Shown one piece after another: positions 1 through 10,563 of a stretch of DNA of 32,000 bases. Within the stretch, counting starts at the first letter, position 1, and every line of letters begins with the position of its first letter. The translations under genes were made by a program, and so were the position numbers. The DNA comes from an uncultured Saprospirales bacterium (lineage in GTDB: Bacteria; Bacteroidota; Bacteroidia; Chitinophagales; Saprospiraceae), in NCBI GenBank assembly GCA_963975265.1, contig CAXBGT010000008.1, positions 14,053 through 46,052 on the forward strand, written 5' to 3'. Under the pieces are notes generated by a model. It did not search any database and had not been told where the DNA came from. It saw only the letters and a program-made list of their open reading frames with translations.

Positions 1-847
1 TAATTCCTCTGTGTCCGTGGTGCATTTTATAAGTAGGAATCCCATTTGCAAGAGCAAGTATTTGATGCCCTAGACAAATACCAAACAAGGGTTTGTCATC
101 TTTAAGCAATTCTTTTACTGTTGCTACAGCATAGTCCATAGCGGCTGGATCACCGGGACCATTTGATAAAAAATAGCCATCAGGATTAAATGCTCTAATC
201 GTTTCAGCTGAAGTTTTAGCTGGAAATACCTTTAAAGAACATTTCCTTTGTACAAAACAATCAAGAATATTTTTCTTAGTGCCAAAATCTATAACAGCAA
301 CTTTGTATTCACCATTCTGATTGCCATATTCATAACTTGCGTTGGTACTTACTTTAGAAGCTAATTCCAGACCATCCATTGAAGGCACTTTATCCAATTT
401 TATCTTTAATGACTTAACATCAAAATCAATAGTTGAGATAATGCAATTCATTGCTCCCTTGTTCCTTATATGCCTAACCAATGATCTAGTATCAACATCA
501 TAGATTCCAACTATATTTTCTTTTTCAAAATAAGTTTGAATATCCGAATCAGCCTTTAAACGAGAATATTCATTCGTAAAATTTTTACAAACTAAACCAG
601 CAATCTGCACCTTTTCGGATTCAGCGTCATTAGGCGAAGTACCATAATTACCAATATGTGCATTTGTAGTAAGCATAATCTGACCGAAATAACTAGGATC
701 AGTAAATACCTCCTGATAACCAGTCATGCTTGTATTAAAACAAATCTCTCCAGTTGCCTCGCCAGATGCTCCAGCGGCTTTGCCTTCGTAAAATGTCCCA
801 TCTTCTAATAATAATACTGCCTTATTTGACTGCGGATTGTGTACCAT
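1..847 (-). CDS. carA: carbamoyl-phosphate synthase small (glutamine amidotransferase) subunit; N-terminal ~282 codons, 3' end runs off the window
   Basis: Hand translation of the minus strand from ATG at 847..845 gives MVHNPQSNKAVLLLEDGTFYEGKAAGASGEATGEICFNTSMTGYQEVFTDPSYFGQI...KPLFGICLGHQILALANGIPTYKMHHGHRG and stays open to position 1. GICLGHQ is the class-I amidotransferase nucleophile motif. It is absent from the ORF track because the window edge truncates it. Confidence 0.9.
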   Translation of the reverse strand, partial: MVHNPQSNKAVLLLEDGTFYEGKAAGASGEATGEICFNTSMTGYQEVFTDPSYFGQIMLTTNAHIGNYGTSPNDAESEKVQIAGLVCKNFTNEYSRLKADSDIQTYFEKENIVGIYDVDTRSLVRHIRNKGAMNCIISTIDFDVKSLKIKLDKVPSMDGLELASKVSTNASYEYGNQNGEYKVAVIDFGTKKNILDCFVQRKCSLKVFPAKTSAETIRAFNPDGYFLSNGPGDPAAMDYAVATVKELLKDDKPLFGICLGHQILALANGIPTYKMHHGHRGI

Positions 848-871
848 GAATCGTCTTTTTGAATATGCTCA

Positions 872-879
872 CAAATATA
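872..879 (-). promoter_or_regulatory. candidate Bacteroidota -7 promoter box (TATATTTG) for carA
   Basis: The minus strand reads TATATTTG, an exact TAnnTTTG match, 24 nt upstream of the carA ATG. No convincing -33 TTG at 19-21 nt. Confidence 0.35.
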
Positions 880-1069
880 GCAAAATCATTTAATGTGATG
901 ATTTAGAAACAAGATAATACTAGCATAAATCTCACTTTGAATTCTCTATTACATAAACTACAAGGAAAAACACAAACTGAAGTAAACAGCCTTATAGATC
1001 AGTGCAAAAATGCAACAATAATTTTGACTGTACAATTAAACAAAACCTAGAATAATCAAGCGAAATAGA

Positions 1070-1112
1070 CTAAAAACAACAAAGGGTATCACTAACCTAA
1101 GTGACACCCTTT
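1070..1112 (-). terminator. intrinsic terminator after rplQ (end of the alpha operon)
   Basis: Minus-strand RNA forms a 9-bp stem, GGGUGUCAC (1109..1101) with GUGAUACCC (1092..1084), including one G:U pair that works only on this strand. The loop is 8 nt and the stem is followed by UUUGUUGUUUUUAG. It lies 27 nt after the rplQ stop. Confidence 0.7.
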
Positions 1113-1138
1113 TATTTAATTCTAAAACTTTATTATTA

Positions 1139-1609
1139 TTATTCCTCTTCTCCGCTAGCTACAGGAGTAGGAGTCGATGATTTCTTACCACCTCTTCTAC
1201 TTCTTTTCCCACCGCCTTTTCCAGCTGCAGACCCACCTGTAGAGTAGTCATTATTATAATCTACTAACTCCACAATTGCCATTTCAGCAGAATCACTTTT
1301 TCTAAAACCAGTTTTGATAACTCTAGTATACCCTCCTGGTCTGTCAGCAACCTTACCCGCTACTTCATTAAAAAGCTCTTTAACAGCTTCTTTATGCATC
1401 AGATTTGAGAATACTAATCTTCTTGAGTGAGTGGTATTATTTTTAGATTTGGTAATTACTGGTTCAACAAAAACTCTCAATGCCTTAGCTTTTGCTAAAG
1501 TAGTCGAGATTCTTTTATGAACAATCAAGGAAACTGCCAATGCTCTCAAAGTTGCATCTCTATGCCCTTTCTTTCTTTTTAAATGATTAAATTTCTTTCC
1601 GTGTCTCAT
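1139..1609 (-). CDS. rplQ: 50S ribosomal protein L17
   Basis: 156-aa ORF with the L17 N-terminus [24 protein letters not shown]. It follows rpoA and has a Gly/Lys-rich C-terminal tail. Confidence 0.97.
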   Translation of the reverse strand: MRHGKKFNHLKRKKGHRDATLRALAVSLIVHKRISTTLAKAKALRVFVEPVITKSKNNTTHSRRLVFSNLMHKEAVKELFNEVAGKVADRPGGYTRVIKTGFRKSDSAEMAIVELVDYNNDYSTGGSAAGKGGGKRSRRGGKKSSTPTPVASGEEE

Positions 1610-1743
1610 CTTAAATATGATTTACGTTTTGTCACTCTACTGTAACCAATTTCAGCCTTTAGGTTCTGTACAGTAATGTTAACAAATATGTTATATAATA
1701 TCCCAAAAAAATTGGAGCTGACCGATTAAAATTTATTTATTGA

Positions 1744-2742
1744 CTAGTCTTCATCTAGCTTGTACTTAGACAAATCCATTCCGAAAGTAAGCCCTTTATT
1801 TTGAAGCAACTCTTCAATCTCTACAAGAGATTTTTTTCCGAAATTTCTAAATTTCAACAATTCATGCGTATCGTATCTTACCATTTCTCCTAATGAATTG
1901 ATCTTTGCAGCTTTAAGACAATTGTATGCTCTCACTGAAAGATCTAAATCTTCTAAAGAAGTCTTAAGAAGCTTTCTCATATGCAAAATATGCTCATCAA
2001 CAATATTCTCTTCTCTTGAAGCAGAATCATTGAAAGTTATATTTTCATCGGTAATCAGCATTAGGTGTTGAATCAAGATTCTAGAAGCCTCTTTTACAGC
2101 CTCTTCAGGATGTATCGTTCCATCAGTTTTAACCTCAATCGTTAACTTCTCGTAATCCGTTCTTTGGCCAACTCTTGTATTTTCAATTTTATACGCAACC
2201 TTTTTTATCGGGGTATAAATCGCATCTACTGGTATAACACCGATAGGTGCATCTTTTGGTAGGTTTTCTTCAGCTGGAACATAACCTCTACCTTTTGTTA
2301 CAGTAAACTCTATTTCTAGGTTCACAGAAGGTTCCATCTGACAGATTAATAGATCAGGATTCATCACTTTGAAAACATTAGTACTGGCTTCAATATCACC
2401 AGCTCTAAATTCATCCTTACCTGTTATAGTTAAATAGATTTTCTCCTCAGTATTGTTTTCATCAACAATCATTGGTTTTAATCTAACTTGCTTCAAGTTA
2501 AGTATGATATCAACAACATCCTGAACAACACCTTGGATAGTTGAAAATTCATGATCTACACCAGCTATTCTTACAGCTGATATAGCATATCCTTCTAATG
2601 AAGACAATAAAACTCTTCTCAATGAATTACCTATAGTTTGGCCAAATCCTGGCTCCAATGGCTTAAATTCAAAAGTCCCATCAAATTCATTAGCTTTTTG
2701 CAATAAAATTTTATCAGGCTTTTGAAAATTTAGAATGCTCAT
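1744..2742 (-). CDS. rpoA: DNA-directed RNA polymerase alpha subunit
   Basis: 332 aa. N-terminal domain motif GNSLRRVLLSSLEGYAI and C-terminal domain motif LDLSVRAYNCLKAAKI. Canonical position after rpsD. Confidence 0.97.
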   Translation of the reverse strand: MSILNFQKPDKILLQKANEFDGTFEFKPLEPGFGQTIGNSLRRVLLSSLEGYAISAVRIAGVDHEFSTIQGVVQDVVDIILNLKQVRLKPMIVDENNTEEKIYLTITGKDEFRAGDIEASTNVFKVMNPDLLICQMEPSVNLEIEFTVTKGRGYVPAEENLPKDAPIGVIPVDAIYTPIKKVAYKIENTRVGQRTDYEKLTIEVKTDGTIHPEEAVKEASRILIQHLMLITDENITFNDSASREENIVDEHILHMRKLLKTSLEDLDLSVRAYNCLKAAKINSLGEMVRYDTHELLKFRNFGKKSLVEIEELLQNKGLTFGMDLSKYKLDED

Positions 2743-2813
2743 TCAGTCTTATTTTTAAAATGAAAAGGAAAAAATAGAAATAGACCATCCTAAAAGATGG
2801 CCATTTCAATTTA

Positions 2814-3428
2814 TTACTTAGAGTACAATTCTACGATCAACTGTTCATTAATCTTTTCAGGAATTTTGTCTCTTTCAGGATAAGCTAGGAATTTCCCCTC
2901 CATCCTATCAGTATTCCACTCTAACCAACCCCAGTTTCTTACATCTGACTTTGATTTCACAGAGTTGTCGATTACATCAAGATTTCTACTTTTACCTCTT
3001 ACAGACACAATGTCTCCAGGTTTAAGTAGCATTGAAGGTACATTTGTAATTACACCATTTACCATGATATGTTTATGCGACACTAGTTGTCTTGCACCTC
3101 TTCTTGTTGGTGCAATTCCTAATCTAAATACGGTATTATCCAATCGCCCTTCTAAGTATTGAAGTAAGATTTCACCTGTCACACCACTTTTTCTACTTGC
3201 TTTTTTGAACAAATTTCTAAACTGACGCTCCAACATACCATAGGTATATTTAGCTTTTTGTTTCTCCATCAACTGTAGGGCATAATCAGATTTTTGCTTT
3301 CTTCTTTTACCACCTCCACCATGTTGACCAGGAGGATATTTTCTTCTTTCAAATGCTTTATCAGCACCAAAGATAGCTTCGCCTAGGGCTCTTGCTTTTT
3401 TAGTTCTTGGTCCAGTATATCTTGCCAT
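2814..3428 (-). CDS. rpsD: 30S ribosomal protein S4
   Basis: 204 aa, [17 protein letters not shown]..., with S4 RNA-binding domain [27 protein letters not shown]. Confidence 0.97.
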   Translation of the reverse strand: MARYTGPRTKKARALGEAIFGADKAFERRKYPPGQHGGGGKRRKQKSDYALQLMEKQKAKYTYGMLERQFRNLFKKASRKSGVTGEILLQYLEGRLDNTVFRLGIAPTRRGARQLVSHKHIMVNGVITNVPSMLLKPGDIVSVRGKSRNLDVIDNSVKSKSDVRNWGWLEWNTDRMEGKFLAYPERDKIPEKINEQLIVELYSK

Positions 3429-3462
3429 TGACTATATATTTTATCAGTTTATAAACTGAATA

Positions 3463-3849
3463 TTAAACTCTTCTTTTCTTAGGAGGTCTACACCCGTTAT
3501 GAGGTATAGGAGTAACATCTTTGATCTTTGTAACTTTAATTCCAGAAGCATCTACGGCTCTTATTGCAGATTCCCTTCCTGAACCAGGTCCTTTCACAAA
3601 CACTTCAGCACTTCGCATTCCAGCCTCGTAAGCTGCAGATGCTGCGTCATTTGCCGCCATTTGAGCTGCATATGGAGTATTCTTTTTAGACCCTCTAAAC
3701 CCAGCTTTACCAGCAGAAGACCAACTTATTACTTGACCTTGTTTGTTAGTAAGAGAAATAATTATATTATTGAAACTAGCTTGAATGTAAACTATCCCTG
3801 CAGAATCAACTTTTACATTTCTCTTTTTAACTTTTTTTCCTTTAGCCAT
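3463..3849 (-). CDS. rpsK: 30S ribosomal protein S11
   Basis: 128 aa. Contains [17 protein letters not shown] and the C-terminal [13 protein letters not shown] signature. Confidence 0.97.
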   Translation of the reverse strand: MAKGKKVKKRNVKVDSAGIVYIQASFNNIIISLTNKQGQVISWSSAGKAGFRGSKKNTPYAAQMAANDAASAAYEAGMRSAEVFVKGPGSGRESAIRAVDASGIKVTKIKDVTPIPHNGCRPPKKRRV

Positions 3850-3871
3850 AATTCTAACTAATTAAGATTTA

Positions 3872-4249
3872 TTATTTAGTTGCTTTTTTCTTATTAGCAA
3901 CAGTCTTCTTCTTACCCTTTCTAGTACGAGCATTTGTTTGAGTTCTTTGTCCTCTCAAGGGCAACCCCTTTCTATGACGAAGTCCTCTATAACAAGCAAT
4001 ATCCATCAATCTCTTGATATTCATTTGGATTTCACTTCTTAATTCCCCTTCTACTCTGTACTGATTTTGGATTAGACCAGATATCATTTTAATATTATCA
4101 TCAGTCCATTCCTTCACTTTAGTGTGAATAGAAATTTCAGCTATTGCCAATATTTCTTCAGATCTAGACCTTCCAATACCATAGATATAGGTAAGACCAA
4201 TAACACCTCTTTTGTTTTTAGGTAAATCTACCCCAGCAATTCTTGCCAT
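3872..4249 (-). CDS. rpsM: 30S ribosomal protein S13
   Basis: 125 aa, [14 protein letters not shown]...[23 protein letters not shown]. Confidence 0.97.
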   Translation of the reverse strand: MARIAGVDLPKNKRGVIGLTYIYGIGRSRSEEILAIAEISIHTKVKEWTDDNIKMISGLIQNQYRVEGELRSEIQMNIKRLMDIACYRGLRHRKGLPLRGQRTQTNARTRKGKKKTVANKKKATK

Positions 4250-4268
4250 GTTATTATACTTTAGATTA

Positions 4269-4385
4269 TTATCCTTGTCTTTGCTTAAATCTAGGATTCT
4301 TTTTGTTTATCACATAAAGTCTCCCTTTTCTTCTAACGATCTTGCAATCTGCAGATCTCTTTTTTACTGATGCTCTTACTTTCAT
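4269..4385 (-). CDS. rpmJ: 50S ribosomal protein L36 (non-zinc, single-Cys form)
   Basis: Below the ORF-track size cutoff. Hand translation gives [38 protein letters not shown], with ATG at 4385..4383 and TAA at 4271..4269. It sits between infA and rpsM as expected. Confidence 0.93.
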   Translation of the reverse strand: MKVRASVKKRSADCKIVRRKGRLYVINKKNPRFKQRQG

Positions 4386-4412
4386 TAGTATATATATTTA
4401 ATACCTTACGGC

Positions 4413-4631
4413 TTATTTATATCTGTATGTTATTCTTCCTCTAGACAAATCATAAGGAGACATTTCTACAGCTACTTTATCTCCAGGTAATATTCTGATG
4501 TAATTCATCCTCATCTTTCCCGAAATGGTAGCTACAATCAAGTGCCCATTTTCTAATCTAACTCTAAACATTGCATTCGATAATGCTTCATCTATAATTC
4601 CGTCTAGTTTTATTAAGTCTTGTTTTGCCAT
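4413..4631 (-). CDS. infA: translation initiation factor IF-1
   Basis: [72 protein letters not shown] (72 aa, S1-like fold). I chose the ATG at 4631. The track start at 4673 is a TTG that adds 14 non-conserved residues. Confidence 0.93.
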   Translation of the reverse strand: MAKQDLIKLDGIIDEALSNAMFRVRLENGHLIVATISGKMRMNYIRILPGDKVAVEMSPYDLSRGRITYRYK

Positions 4632-4714
4632 TATTTTATTTAATAGGTGCCCTTCTTTACATGATACTTGCAATATGTACCTCGTAAATTGTACATTTAT
4701 TTTTTTTCGGAGTG

Positions 4715-4745
4715 CAAATATCCACTTTTTTATTTAAAAATCAAG
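4715..4745 (-). promoter_or_regulatory. candidate internal promoter for infA-rpmJ-rpsM-rpsK-rpsD-rpoA-rplQ
   Basis: The minus strand reads cTTG-N19-GATATTTG-CACTCCG. The -7 box (4722..4715) is an imperfect TAnnTTTG, but it shares the TTTGCACYC tail with the rpsJ and rpsL promoters. About 85 nt upstream of the infA ATG. Confidence 0.4.
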
Positions 4746-4992
4746 TGTTTATAAAACAAATTTATAATAAACTATCATTACAGCTTTCTTTCAAACAAGC
4801 TTTTCGACAAAATTCCATTACGACACTCAAATATATTTATCATTTAATCAAACTATATTTAAAGCACCACCAACCATGAATCCAAAATTCACCACCAATT
4901 GGTTTTAGAGGAACTCTTTAGCTTCTCAATATTTTGATGTCAATTCTTCAATTAATAAGAACAGACAGATATACTCAATCTCTTGTTTTGTA

Positions 4993-6351
4993 TTAGAAGC
5001 TAGCACCAATTTGTTGCATGCCACTTCTACCTTTCAACCTTCCAGATTTAACTAGACCATCGTACTTCCTCATCAACAAATAACTTTCAATCTGTTGGAG
5101 CGTATCCAAAACAACACCAACTAGTATCAACAGTGATGTACCCCCGAAAAACAATGCAAAACCATCATTCACTCCAAATTTTGCAATGAAAGCTGGTAGG
5201 ATTGAAATTAGACCAAGGAATATAGATCCTGGTAATGTTATCCTTGTAGTCAATGTATCAATATAATCTTGCGTCTGAGTCCCAGGTTTAATACCAGGAA
5301 TAAAAGAGTTTTGTCTTTTCAAGTACTCTGCATACTGCTGAGGATTTACCAATAAAGCTGTATAAACATAAGTAAATATAACTACCAATAGAAAAAACAC
5401 TACGTTGTAAGGAATAGATTTCCAATCATTCAACGATGCTAAAAAAGAACTCTCAGCTGCAGCGTTTTCATTGAAAAACTGCGCTATCGTTAATGGCAAA
5501 AACATAATTGCTTGAGCAAATATTATTGGCATTACTCCAGCTGCATTAACTTTCAATGGAATAAAATCCCTAGCACCAGCCATTGGTAAATCTCCTGAAG
5601 ATCTTCCAACCATTCTCTTTGCAAATTGTATGGGTATTCTTCTTACTCCCTGTACAATAAGTATCGTGGCAACAACAACCAAAAAGAAAATAGCAAATTC
5701 TATAATCAATACCAACGGAGTACCTGCAAACTTGGCTTGTACTTCAGCTATAAATGCTCCCGGCAAGGATGCAATTATACCTATCATAATCAATAGTGAT
5801 ATACCATTACCAATACCCCTATCAGTTATCTTTTCACCTAACCACATAGCAAAAATGGTTCCTGATGACAAAATTATTATATTACTAAACCAAAAAATTG
5901 ATTGCGAAATATGCGGAGACATTGCCCCCTGCGAAGTTATGTACGCTAAATACCCACTACCTTGAACCAAGGTTATTGCAACTGTAAGCATTCTAGTTAT
6001 CTGCGTAATTTTCTTTCTTCCAGATTCCCCTTCTTTTTGTTGCAGCCTCTGAAAATACGGTACCGCGAAACCCAATAACTGAATGATAATGGAAGCCGTA
6101 ATATAAGGCATAATACCTAGAGCAAAAATTGCTCCTTTACTAAACGCACCTCCAGTAAAGATGTTAATCAACCCCAGTAATCCTTGCCCACTTCCGGCAG
6201 AAGCCGTATCTAGAACTTCAGGATTTACACCAGGAAGAACTATAAACGATCCTAATCTGTATACAGCTAGAATCAAAAGAGTAAAAAGTATTCTTCCTCT
6301 TAACTCATCAATCTTCCAGATATTCTTTATTGTTTCTATGAACTTGTTCAT
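4993..6351 (-). CDS. secY: preprotein translocase subunit SecY
   Basis: 452 aa, multi-TM, with ALGIMPYITASIIIQLL and the typical C-terminal YDGLVKSG-like tail. It follows rplO. Confidence 0.97.
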   Translation of the reverse strand: MNKFIETIKNIWKIDELRGRILFTLLILAVYRLGSFIVLPGVNPEVLDTASAGSGQGLLGLINIFTGGAFSKGAIFALGIMPYITASIIIQLLGFAVPYFQRLQQKEGESGRKKITQITRMLTVAITLVQGSGYLAYITSQGAMSPHISQSIFWFSNIIILSSGTIFAMWLGEKITDRGIGNGISLLIMIGIIASLPGAFIAEVQAKFAGTPLVLIIEFAIFFLVVVATILIVQGVRRIPIQFAKRMVGRSSGDLPMAGARDFIPLKVNAAGVMPIIFAQAIMFLPLTIAQFFNENAAAESSFLASLNDWKSIPYNVVFFLLVVIFTYVYTALLVNPQQYAEYLKRQNSFIPGIKPGTQTQDYIDTLTTRITLPGSIFLGLISILPAFIAKFGVNDGFALFFGGTSLLILVGVVLDTLQQIESYLLMRKYDGLVKSGRLKGRSGMQQIGASF

Positions 6352-6360
6352 TTCTATTTC

Positions 6361-6807
6361 TTATCCAACATTAACAGAACCACCTGCAGCTTCGATCTTC
6401 TCCTTGGCAGATGTTGAAATCGCACTAGTTGATACCGTCAGCTTTGCAGAAACTTCACCGTTTCCTAGTACTTTTACTTTGTCATTTTTCTTTACTACTC
6501 CAGCAGCAGCCAGTGTTGATTCAGATATTTCAGACAAGTTATATTTCTCAGACAAATCTTGAAGTTTCGCAACGTTGATTCCGACGTACTCTACTCTATT
6601 GATATTTTTAAATCCTCTTTTAGGAAGTCTCATTTGCAGTGGCATTTGCCCACCTTCGAATGCTCTCTTTCTACTATATCCAGATCGTGATTTAGCACCT
6701 TTGTGGCCTCTTCCTGCTGTACCACCAGTACCTGCACCTTGACCTCTACCGAGTCTCTTATCTGACTTTGTTGCCCCTTTAGCAGGCCTAAGATTATGTA
6801 GTTCCAT
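6361..6807 (-). CDS. rplO: 50S ribosomal protein L15
   Basis: 148 aa, MELHNLRPAKGATKSDKRLGRGQGAGTGGTAGRGHKGAKSRSG. Confidence 0.97.
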   Translation of the reverse strand: MELHNLRPAKGATKSDKRLGRGQGAGTGGTAGRGHKGAKSRSGYSRKRAFEGGQMPLQMRLPKRGFKNINRVEYVGINVAKLQDLSEKYNLSEISESTLAAAGVVKKNDKVKVLGNGEVSAKLTVSTSAISTSAKEKIEAAGGSVNVG

Positions 6808-6829
6808 AACTTTTATCTTTCTACGAAGA

Positions 6830-7009
6830 TTACGCTTCTTCGATGTTAACTAAATGTTTAACCTTACCAAGCATTCCAACTATTTGTGGTGTAGCCTCTT
6901 TCACTACTACTTGATTCATTTTTCTAAGTCCCAAAGCATACATAGTATCTTTTTGCCTCTTAGATCTGTCTATAACACTCTTTACTTGAGTAACTTTTAA
7001 TTTCATCAT
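6830..7009 (-). CDS. rpmD: 50S ribosomal protein L30
   Basis: [60 protein letters not shown] used the ATG at 7009 (7006 is also possible). The track start at 7036 is a TTG that overlaps the rpsE stop. Confidence 0.9.
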   Translation of the reverse strand: MMKLKVTQVKSVIDRSKRQKDTMYALGLRKMNQVVVKEATPQIVGMLGKVKHLVNIEEA

Positions 7010-7025
7010 GGTCTTTCTGTATTGA

Positions 7026-7541
7026 CTATCCTTCAAAAAGTTTATTCAATGATATACCTCTATCTTTAGCAATCTGCAAAGGGCTTCTTAACCTTTTCAA
7101 CGCATCAACAGTTGCTTTAACAACATTGTGAGGATTTGAAGAACCCTGAGACTTTGCTAATACATTGTGAACGCCCGCTATTTCTAAAACAGCTCTCATT
7201 GCACCACCGGCTATTACACCTGTACCGTCTGCAGCTGGTTTGATTAGAACTTTACCTGCCCCATATTTACCTAACTGTTCATGAGGTATAGTACCATTAT
7301 ATATAGGAACTTTTACTAGATTTTTCTTAGCATCATCAGCAGCCTTAGAAATTGACAAGGATACATCCCTTGCCTTCCCAATACCATGCCCTACTGTACC
7401 ATTTTCATCACCAACTACTACAAGCGCAGAAAAACTAAATGTTCTACCACCTTTAGTTACTTTAGCAACACGACTTAGATTAACTAACTTCTCTTTAAGT
7501 TCAGCGTCAGCCGGTTTTACTCTATCAGTATTTTTTGCCAT
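7026..7541 (-). CDS. rpsE: 30S ribosomal protein S5
   Basis: 171 aa, with [30 protein letters not shown]. Confidence 0.97.
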   Translation of the reverse strand: MAKNTDRVKPADAELKEKLVNLSRVAKVTKGGRTFSFSALVVVGDENGTVGHGIGKARDVSLSISKAADDAKKNLVKVPIYNGTIPHEQLGKYGAGKVLIKPAADGTGVIAGGAMRAVLEIAGVHNVLAKSQGSSNPHNVVKATVDALKRLRSPLQIAKDRGISLNKLFEG

Positions 7542-7553
7542 CGTTTATTCTTT

Positions 7554-7898
7554 TTAAAAATTTAAACCTGCCTCTCTGGCACCATCAGCTAAAGACCTTA
7601 CTCTACCATGATATAAATTACCACCTCTATCAAATTTTGCTGCATCTACACCAATAGCTTTCGCTTTATTAGCTATTAACGCTCCAACTTGCTTAGAAAT
7701 TTCTGACTTATTACCACCTGACTTCACCTCCTTCGAAGAGGCACTAGCTAATGTAACTCCATTAATATCATCAATTAATTGACATGATATAGCTTTGTTA
7801 CTTCTGAATACAGCTAATCTAGGCTTCGTGGAAACTCCACTTACTTTCTTCCTGATCCTCTTCTGTATCCTTCTTCTGCTTTCTAATTTAGAAATCAT
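7554..7898 (-). CDS. rplR: 50S ribosomal protein L18
   Basis: 114 aa, with PRLAVFRSNKAISCQLIDD and a C-terminal GREAGLNF. Confidence 0.96.
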   Translation of the reverse strand: MISKLESRRRIQKRIRKKVSGVSTKPRLAVFRSNKAISCQLIDDINGVTLASASSKEVKSGGNKSEISKQVGALIANKAKAIGVDAAKFDRGGNLYHGRVRSLADGAREAGLNF

Positions 7899-7949
7899 CT
7901 CTGATATATTTTATTTTAATCTTGCGCAACGTTACTTTGTGCACACTAA

Positions 7950-8504
7950 TTATTTGGCTGCTGTCTTACCAGCTTTTCTTCGAATTTCTTCACCTTTAAA
8001 TCTTATTCCTTTACCCTTATATGGTTCAGGACTTCTAAAAGCTCTGATTTTGGCAGCTACTTGGCCAATCAATTGTTTATCAATTCCATTAAGTATAACT
8101 GTCGGAGGAGTACCTTTCTCCATTTTAGTTTCAAGCTGTAACTCACTAGGAATTGAGAAATAAATAGGGTGAGAATATCCCAAAGTTAATTCCAGTAAGT
8201 TACCTGTGTTACCAGCTCTATAACCTACTCCTATTAATTCCATCTCCTTAGTATAACCATCTGTTACACCTGTTACCATATTAGCTATAAGCGATCTAAA
8301 CAAACCATGAATCGCTTTATGCCTAATTTGATCAGTTGGTCTAGCTAATACTGCTTCACCATCTGTAATATCAACTGTAAGATCTTGATCTACTTGTTGA
8401 GTTAATTCACCTTTAGGTCCTTTTACCTTAACAACATTAGATTTATCTACAGTTATGGTAACGCCTCCAGGAATTGATATTGGTGCTTTGCCTATTCTTG
8501 ACAT
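7950..8504 (-). CDS. rplF: 50S ribosomal protein L6
   Basis: 184 aa, MSRIGKAPISIPGGVTITV...PEPYKGKGIRFKGE. Confidence 0.97.
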   Translation of the reverse strand: MSRIGKAPISIPGGVTITVDKSNVVKVKGPKGELTQQVDQDLTVDITDGEAVLARPTDQIRHKAIHGLFRSLIANMVTGVTDGYTKEMELIGVGYRAGNTGNLLELTLGYSHPIYFSIPSELQLETKMEKGTPPTVILNGIDKQLIGQVAAKIRAFRSPEPYKGKGIRFKGEEIRRKAGKTAAK

Positions 8505-8528
8505 GATATTTTATTTAAAATATTGTTA

Positions 8529-8933
8529 TTAGTATACGTAGCAAACAAGTTCGCCACCAACATTTTCATTTCTTGCTTGCTTGTCTGTCAACAAACCTTT
8601 TGAAGTTGACACTATAGAAACACCTAATCCATTAATAATCCTAGGTATTTCGTTTGCAGGCGAATATTTTCTCAAACCAGGCTTACTTATTCTACCCAGC
8701 TTTTTAATCACAGGCTCTTTAGTCTCCTGATCATATTTTATTGCTATTTTGATCACACCACCAATTCCTTCAGAATCATCAAATTTATACTTAAGGATAA
8801 AACCCTGATCATATAAGATCTCAGTTATACCCTTTTTCATTTTTGATGCAGGAATCACAACGGTTCTGTGGCCAGCCTTCTGCGCATTTCTTATTCTCGT
8901 AAGATAATCTGCTATTGGATCAGTAGTTATCAT
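8529..8933 (-). CDS. rpsH: 30S ribosomal protein S8
   Basis: 134 aa, TDPIADYLTRIRNAQKAGH...GGELVCYVY. Confidence 0.97.
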   Translation of the reverse strand: MITTDPIADYLTRIRNAQKAGHRTVVIPASKMKKGITEILYDQGFILKYKFDDSEGIGGVIKIAIKYDQETKEPVIKKLGRISKPGLRKYSPANEIPRIINGLGVSIVSTSKGLLTDKQARNENVGGELVCYVY

Positions 8934-8987
8934 ATTTAATCTCTTTTACTTTATTAGTTTGTGTTTCTAATAGCACTAAGTGCAATA

Positions 8988-9257
8988 TTACCAACTCGCT
9001 TTAGTTATACCAGGTATTTTTCCATCAAGAGCCATTTGTCTGAATGTTACTCTGTTGATACCAAATTTTCTCATATACCCCTTAGGTCGTCCAGTAAGTT
9101 GACATCTATTATGTAGTCTCACAGCAGAAGAATTCTTTGGCAACTTATCTAACTCATCCCATTTTCCTTCTTTCTTTAACTGAGCTCTTAGCTCTGCATA
9201 CTTAGCGACTAATCTCTGTCTCTTGGCTTCTCTAGCTATTAATGATTTCTTTGCCAT
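8988..9257 (-). CDS. rpsN: 30S ribosomal protein S14 (long, non-zinc form)
   Basis: 89 aa, [20 protein letters not shown]..., ending ITKASW. No CxxC pairs. Confidence 0.96.
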   Translation of the reverse strand: MAKKSLIAREAKRQRLVAKYAELRAQLKKEGKWDELDKLPKNSSAVRLHNRCQLTGRPKGYMRKFGINRVTFRQMALDGKIPGITKASW

Positions 9258-9263
9258 AGTATA

Positions 9264-9821
9264 TTAGTTATTCTGATTTTTGAATGGCATTCCTAATGCT
9301 TTCAATAAAGCTAATGCTTCTGCATCAGTATTTGCTGAAGTCACAAAGTTGATATCCATACCAGTTATTTTATTAACTTTATCGAGTACGATCTCTGGAA
9401 AAATAATTTGTTCTTTAATTCCTAAAGAATAATTTCCTCTCCCATCGAAACTCTTGTCATTGATTCCTCTGAAATCCCTCACTCTTGGTAAAGCAACGGA
9501 AATCAATCTATCTAAGAACTCGTACATTTGCTCATCTCTCAAAGTCACCCTTGCAGCTATTGGCATTCCTTCTCTTAACTTAAAGTTAGATACAGATTTT
9601 CTAGCTTTTACAGCTACAGCTTTTTGACCAGCAATTTTAGTTATTTCTTCAAGAGCGTTATCTACCAACTTCTTATCTTGTGTAGCATCACCTACACCTT
9701 GATTGATACATATTTTCTCTAACTTCGGAACCTGCATGATAGATTTATATCCAAATTGCTCATTCAAAGTTGAGATTATCTCTTCTCTATATTTTGTCTT
9801 TAATCTTGGTGTATAATCCAT
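9264..9821 (-). CDS. rplE: 50S ribosomal protein L5
   Basis: 185 aa, with [16 protein letters not shown] and [21 protein letters not shown]. Its ATG overlaps the rplX stop in a TAATG arrangement at 9819..9823. Confidence 0.97.
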   Translation of the reverse strand: MDYTPRLKTKYREEIISTLNEQFGYKSIMQVPKLEKICINQGVGDATQDKKLVDNALEEITKIAGQKAVAVKARKSVSNFKLREGMPIAARVTLRDEQMYEFLDRLISVALPRVRDFRGINDKSFDGRGNYSLGIKEQIIFPEIVLDKVNKITGMDINFVTSANTDAEALALLKALGMPFKNQNN

Positions 9822-10171
9822 TACTTAATAGTTTCTCCAGATTTTTTAGAATATCTTACACTCTTACCGTCTTCTATTCTGTAACCTACTTTCGTAGCTT
9901 CTCCAGATTTCGGATCAACAAATGCAAGATTTGATAGGTCTATTGGCATCGAGATTTCATTTCTTCCACCAGGATTATCATTTGTAGGCTTTGTATGTTT
10001 CATGGCTAAGTTTATACCTTCTACAATAGCCTTACCAGTCTTCGCATGGATTTCCAATACATTACCCTCGGTTGGTTTACCGTCTGTAAATTTATTTGAT
10101 CCCGCTATGACTCTTACTTTATCACCTTTCTTTATCTTAAACTTAGGTGCAAATCTTTTACTGTTACTCAT
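9821..10171 (-). CDS. rplX: 50S ribosomal protein L24
   Basis: 116 aa, with KOW motif [17 protein letters not shown]. Located between rplN and rplE. Confidence 0.95.
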   Translation of the reverse strand: MSNSKRFAPKFKIKKGDKVRVIAGSNKFTDGKPTEGNVLEIHAKTGKAIVEGINLAMKHTKPTNDNPGGRNEISMPIDLSNLAFVDPKSGEATKVGYRIEDGKSVRYSKKSGETIK

Positions 10172-10197
10172 TTCTTAAATGCTAAATGTTCAACAAA

Positions 10198-10563
10198 TTA
10201 AAGTACCTCTGGCGCTAAAGAAATAATCTTCATATAATCACCATCCCTCAACTCTCTCGCAACAGGCCCAAAAATTCTAGTTCCTCTAGGTTCTTCTGCA
10301 GCTGTCAACAACACTACCGCATTGTCATCAAACCTGATATAAGAACCATCTTTTCTACGGATTTCTTTTTTAGTCCTAACGATAACAGCTCTTGATACTG
10401 TTCCTTTTTTAACCCCTCCTGGGTTAGCATCTTTTACAGTAACCACGATTTGATCACCTACAGATGCATATCTTCTTTTCGACCCTCCTAAAACTCTAAT
10501 ACATAGTACCTCCTTGGCCCCACTATTGTCAGCTACTTTGAGTCTTGATTCTTGTTGTATCAT
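10198..10563 (-). CDS. rplN: 50S ribosomal protein L14
   Basis: 121 aa, [27 protein letters not shown]. Confidence 0.97.
   Translation of the reverse strand: MIQQESRLKVADNSGAKEVLCIRVLGGSKRRYASVGDQIVVTVKDANPGGVKKGTVSRAVIVRTKKEIRRKDGSYIRFDDNAVVLLTAAEEPRGTRIFGPVARELRDGDYMKIISLAPEVL

Noticed and set aside
4632-4673. N-terminal extensions suggested by the ORF track for infA (to 4673) and rpmD (to 7036)
   Set aside because: Both track starts are TTG codons that add non-conserved residues. The canonical MAKQD... and MMKLKV... N-termini begin at internal ATGs, and the rpmD extension would overlap the rpsE stop.
4865-4898. 9-bp direct repeat CACCACCAA at 4865..4873 and 4890..4898 in the secY-infA spacer, with a tiny ORF MNPKFTTNWF
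   Set aside because: The repeat is short enough to be chance (rough expectation about 0.2 for this spacer). The ORF is 10 codons with no supporting signals.
5630-6562. Plus-strand ORFs of 111 aa and 133 aa (5630..5965, 6161..6562), plus similar ones at 2965..3162, 3661..3861, 4525..4737, 7795..8163, 10514..10741, 11086..11510, 12433..12778, 14810..15004, 15368..15598 and 15661..15921
   Set aside because: All lie antisense inside well-supported ribosomal or secY genes. Their translations are low-complexity Ser/Leu/Phe/Ile-rich mirror products with no recognisable motifs. They are shadow ORFs.
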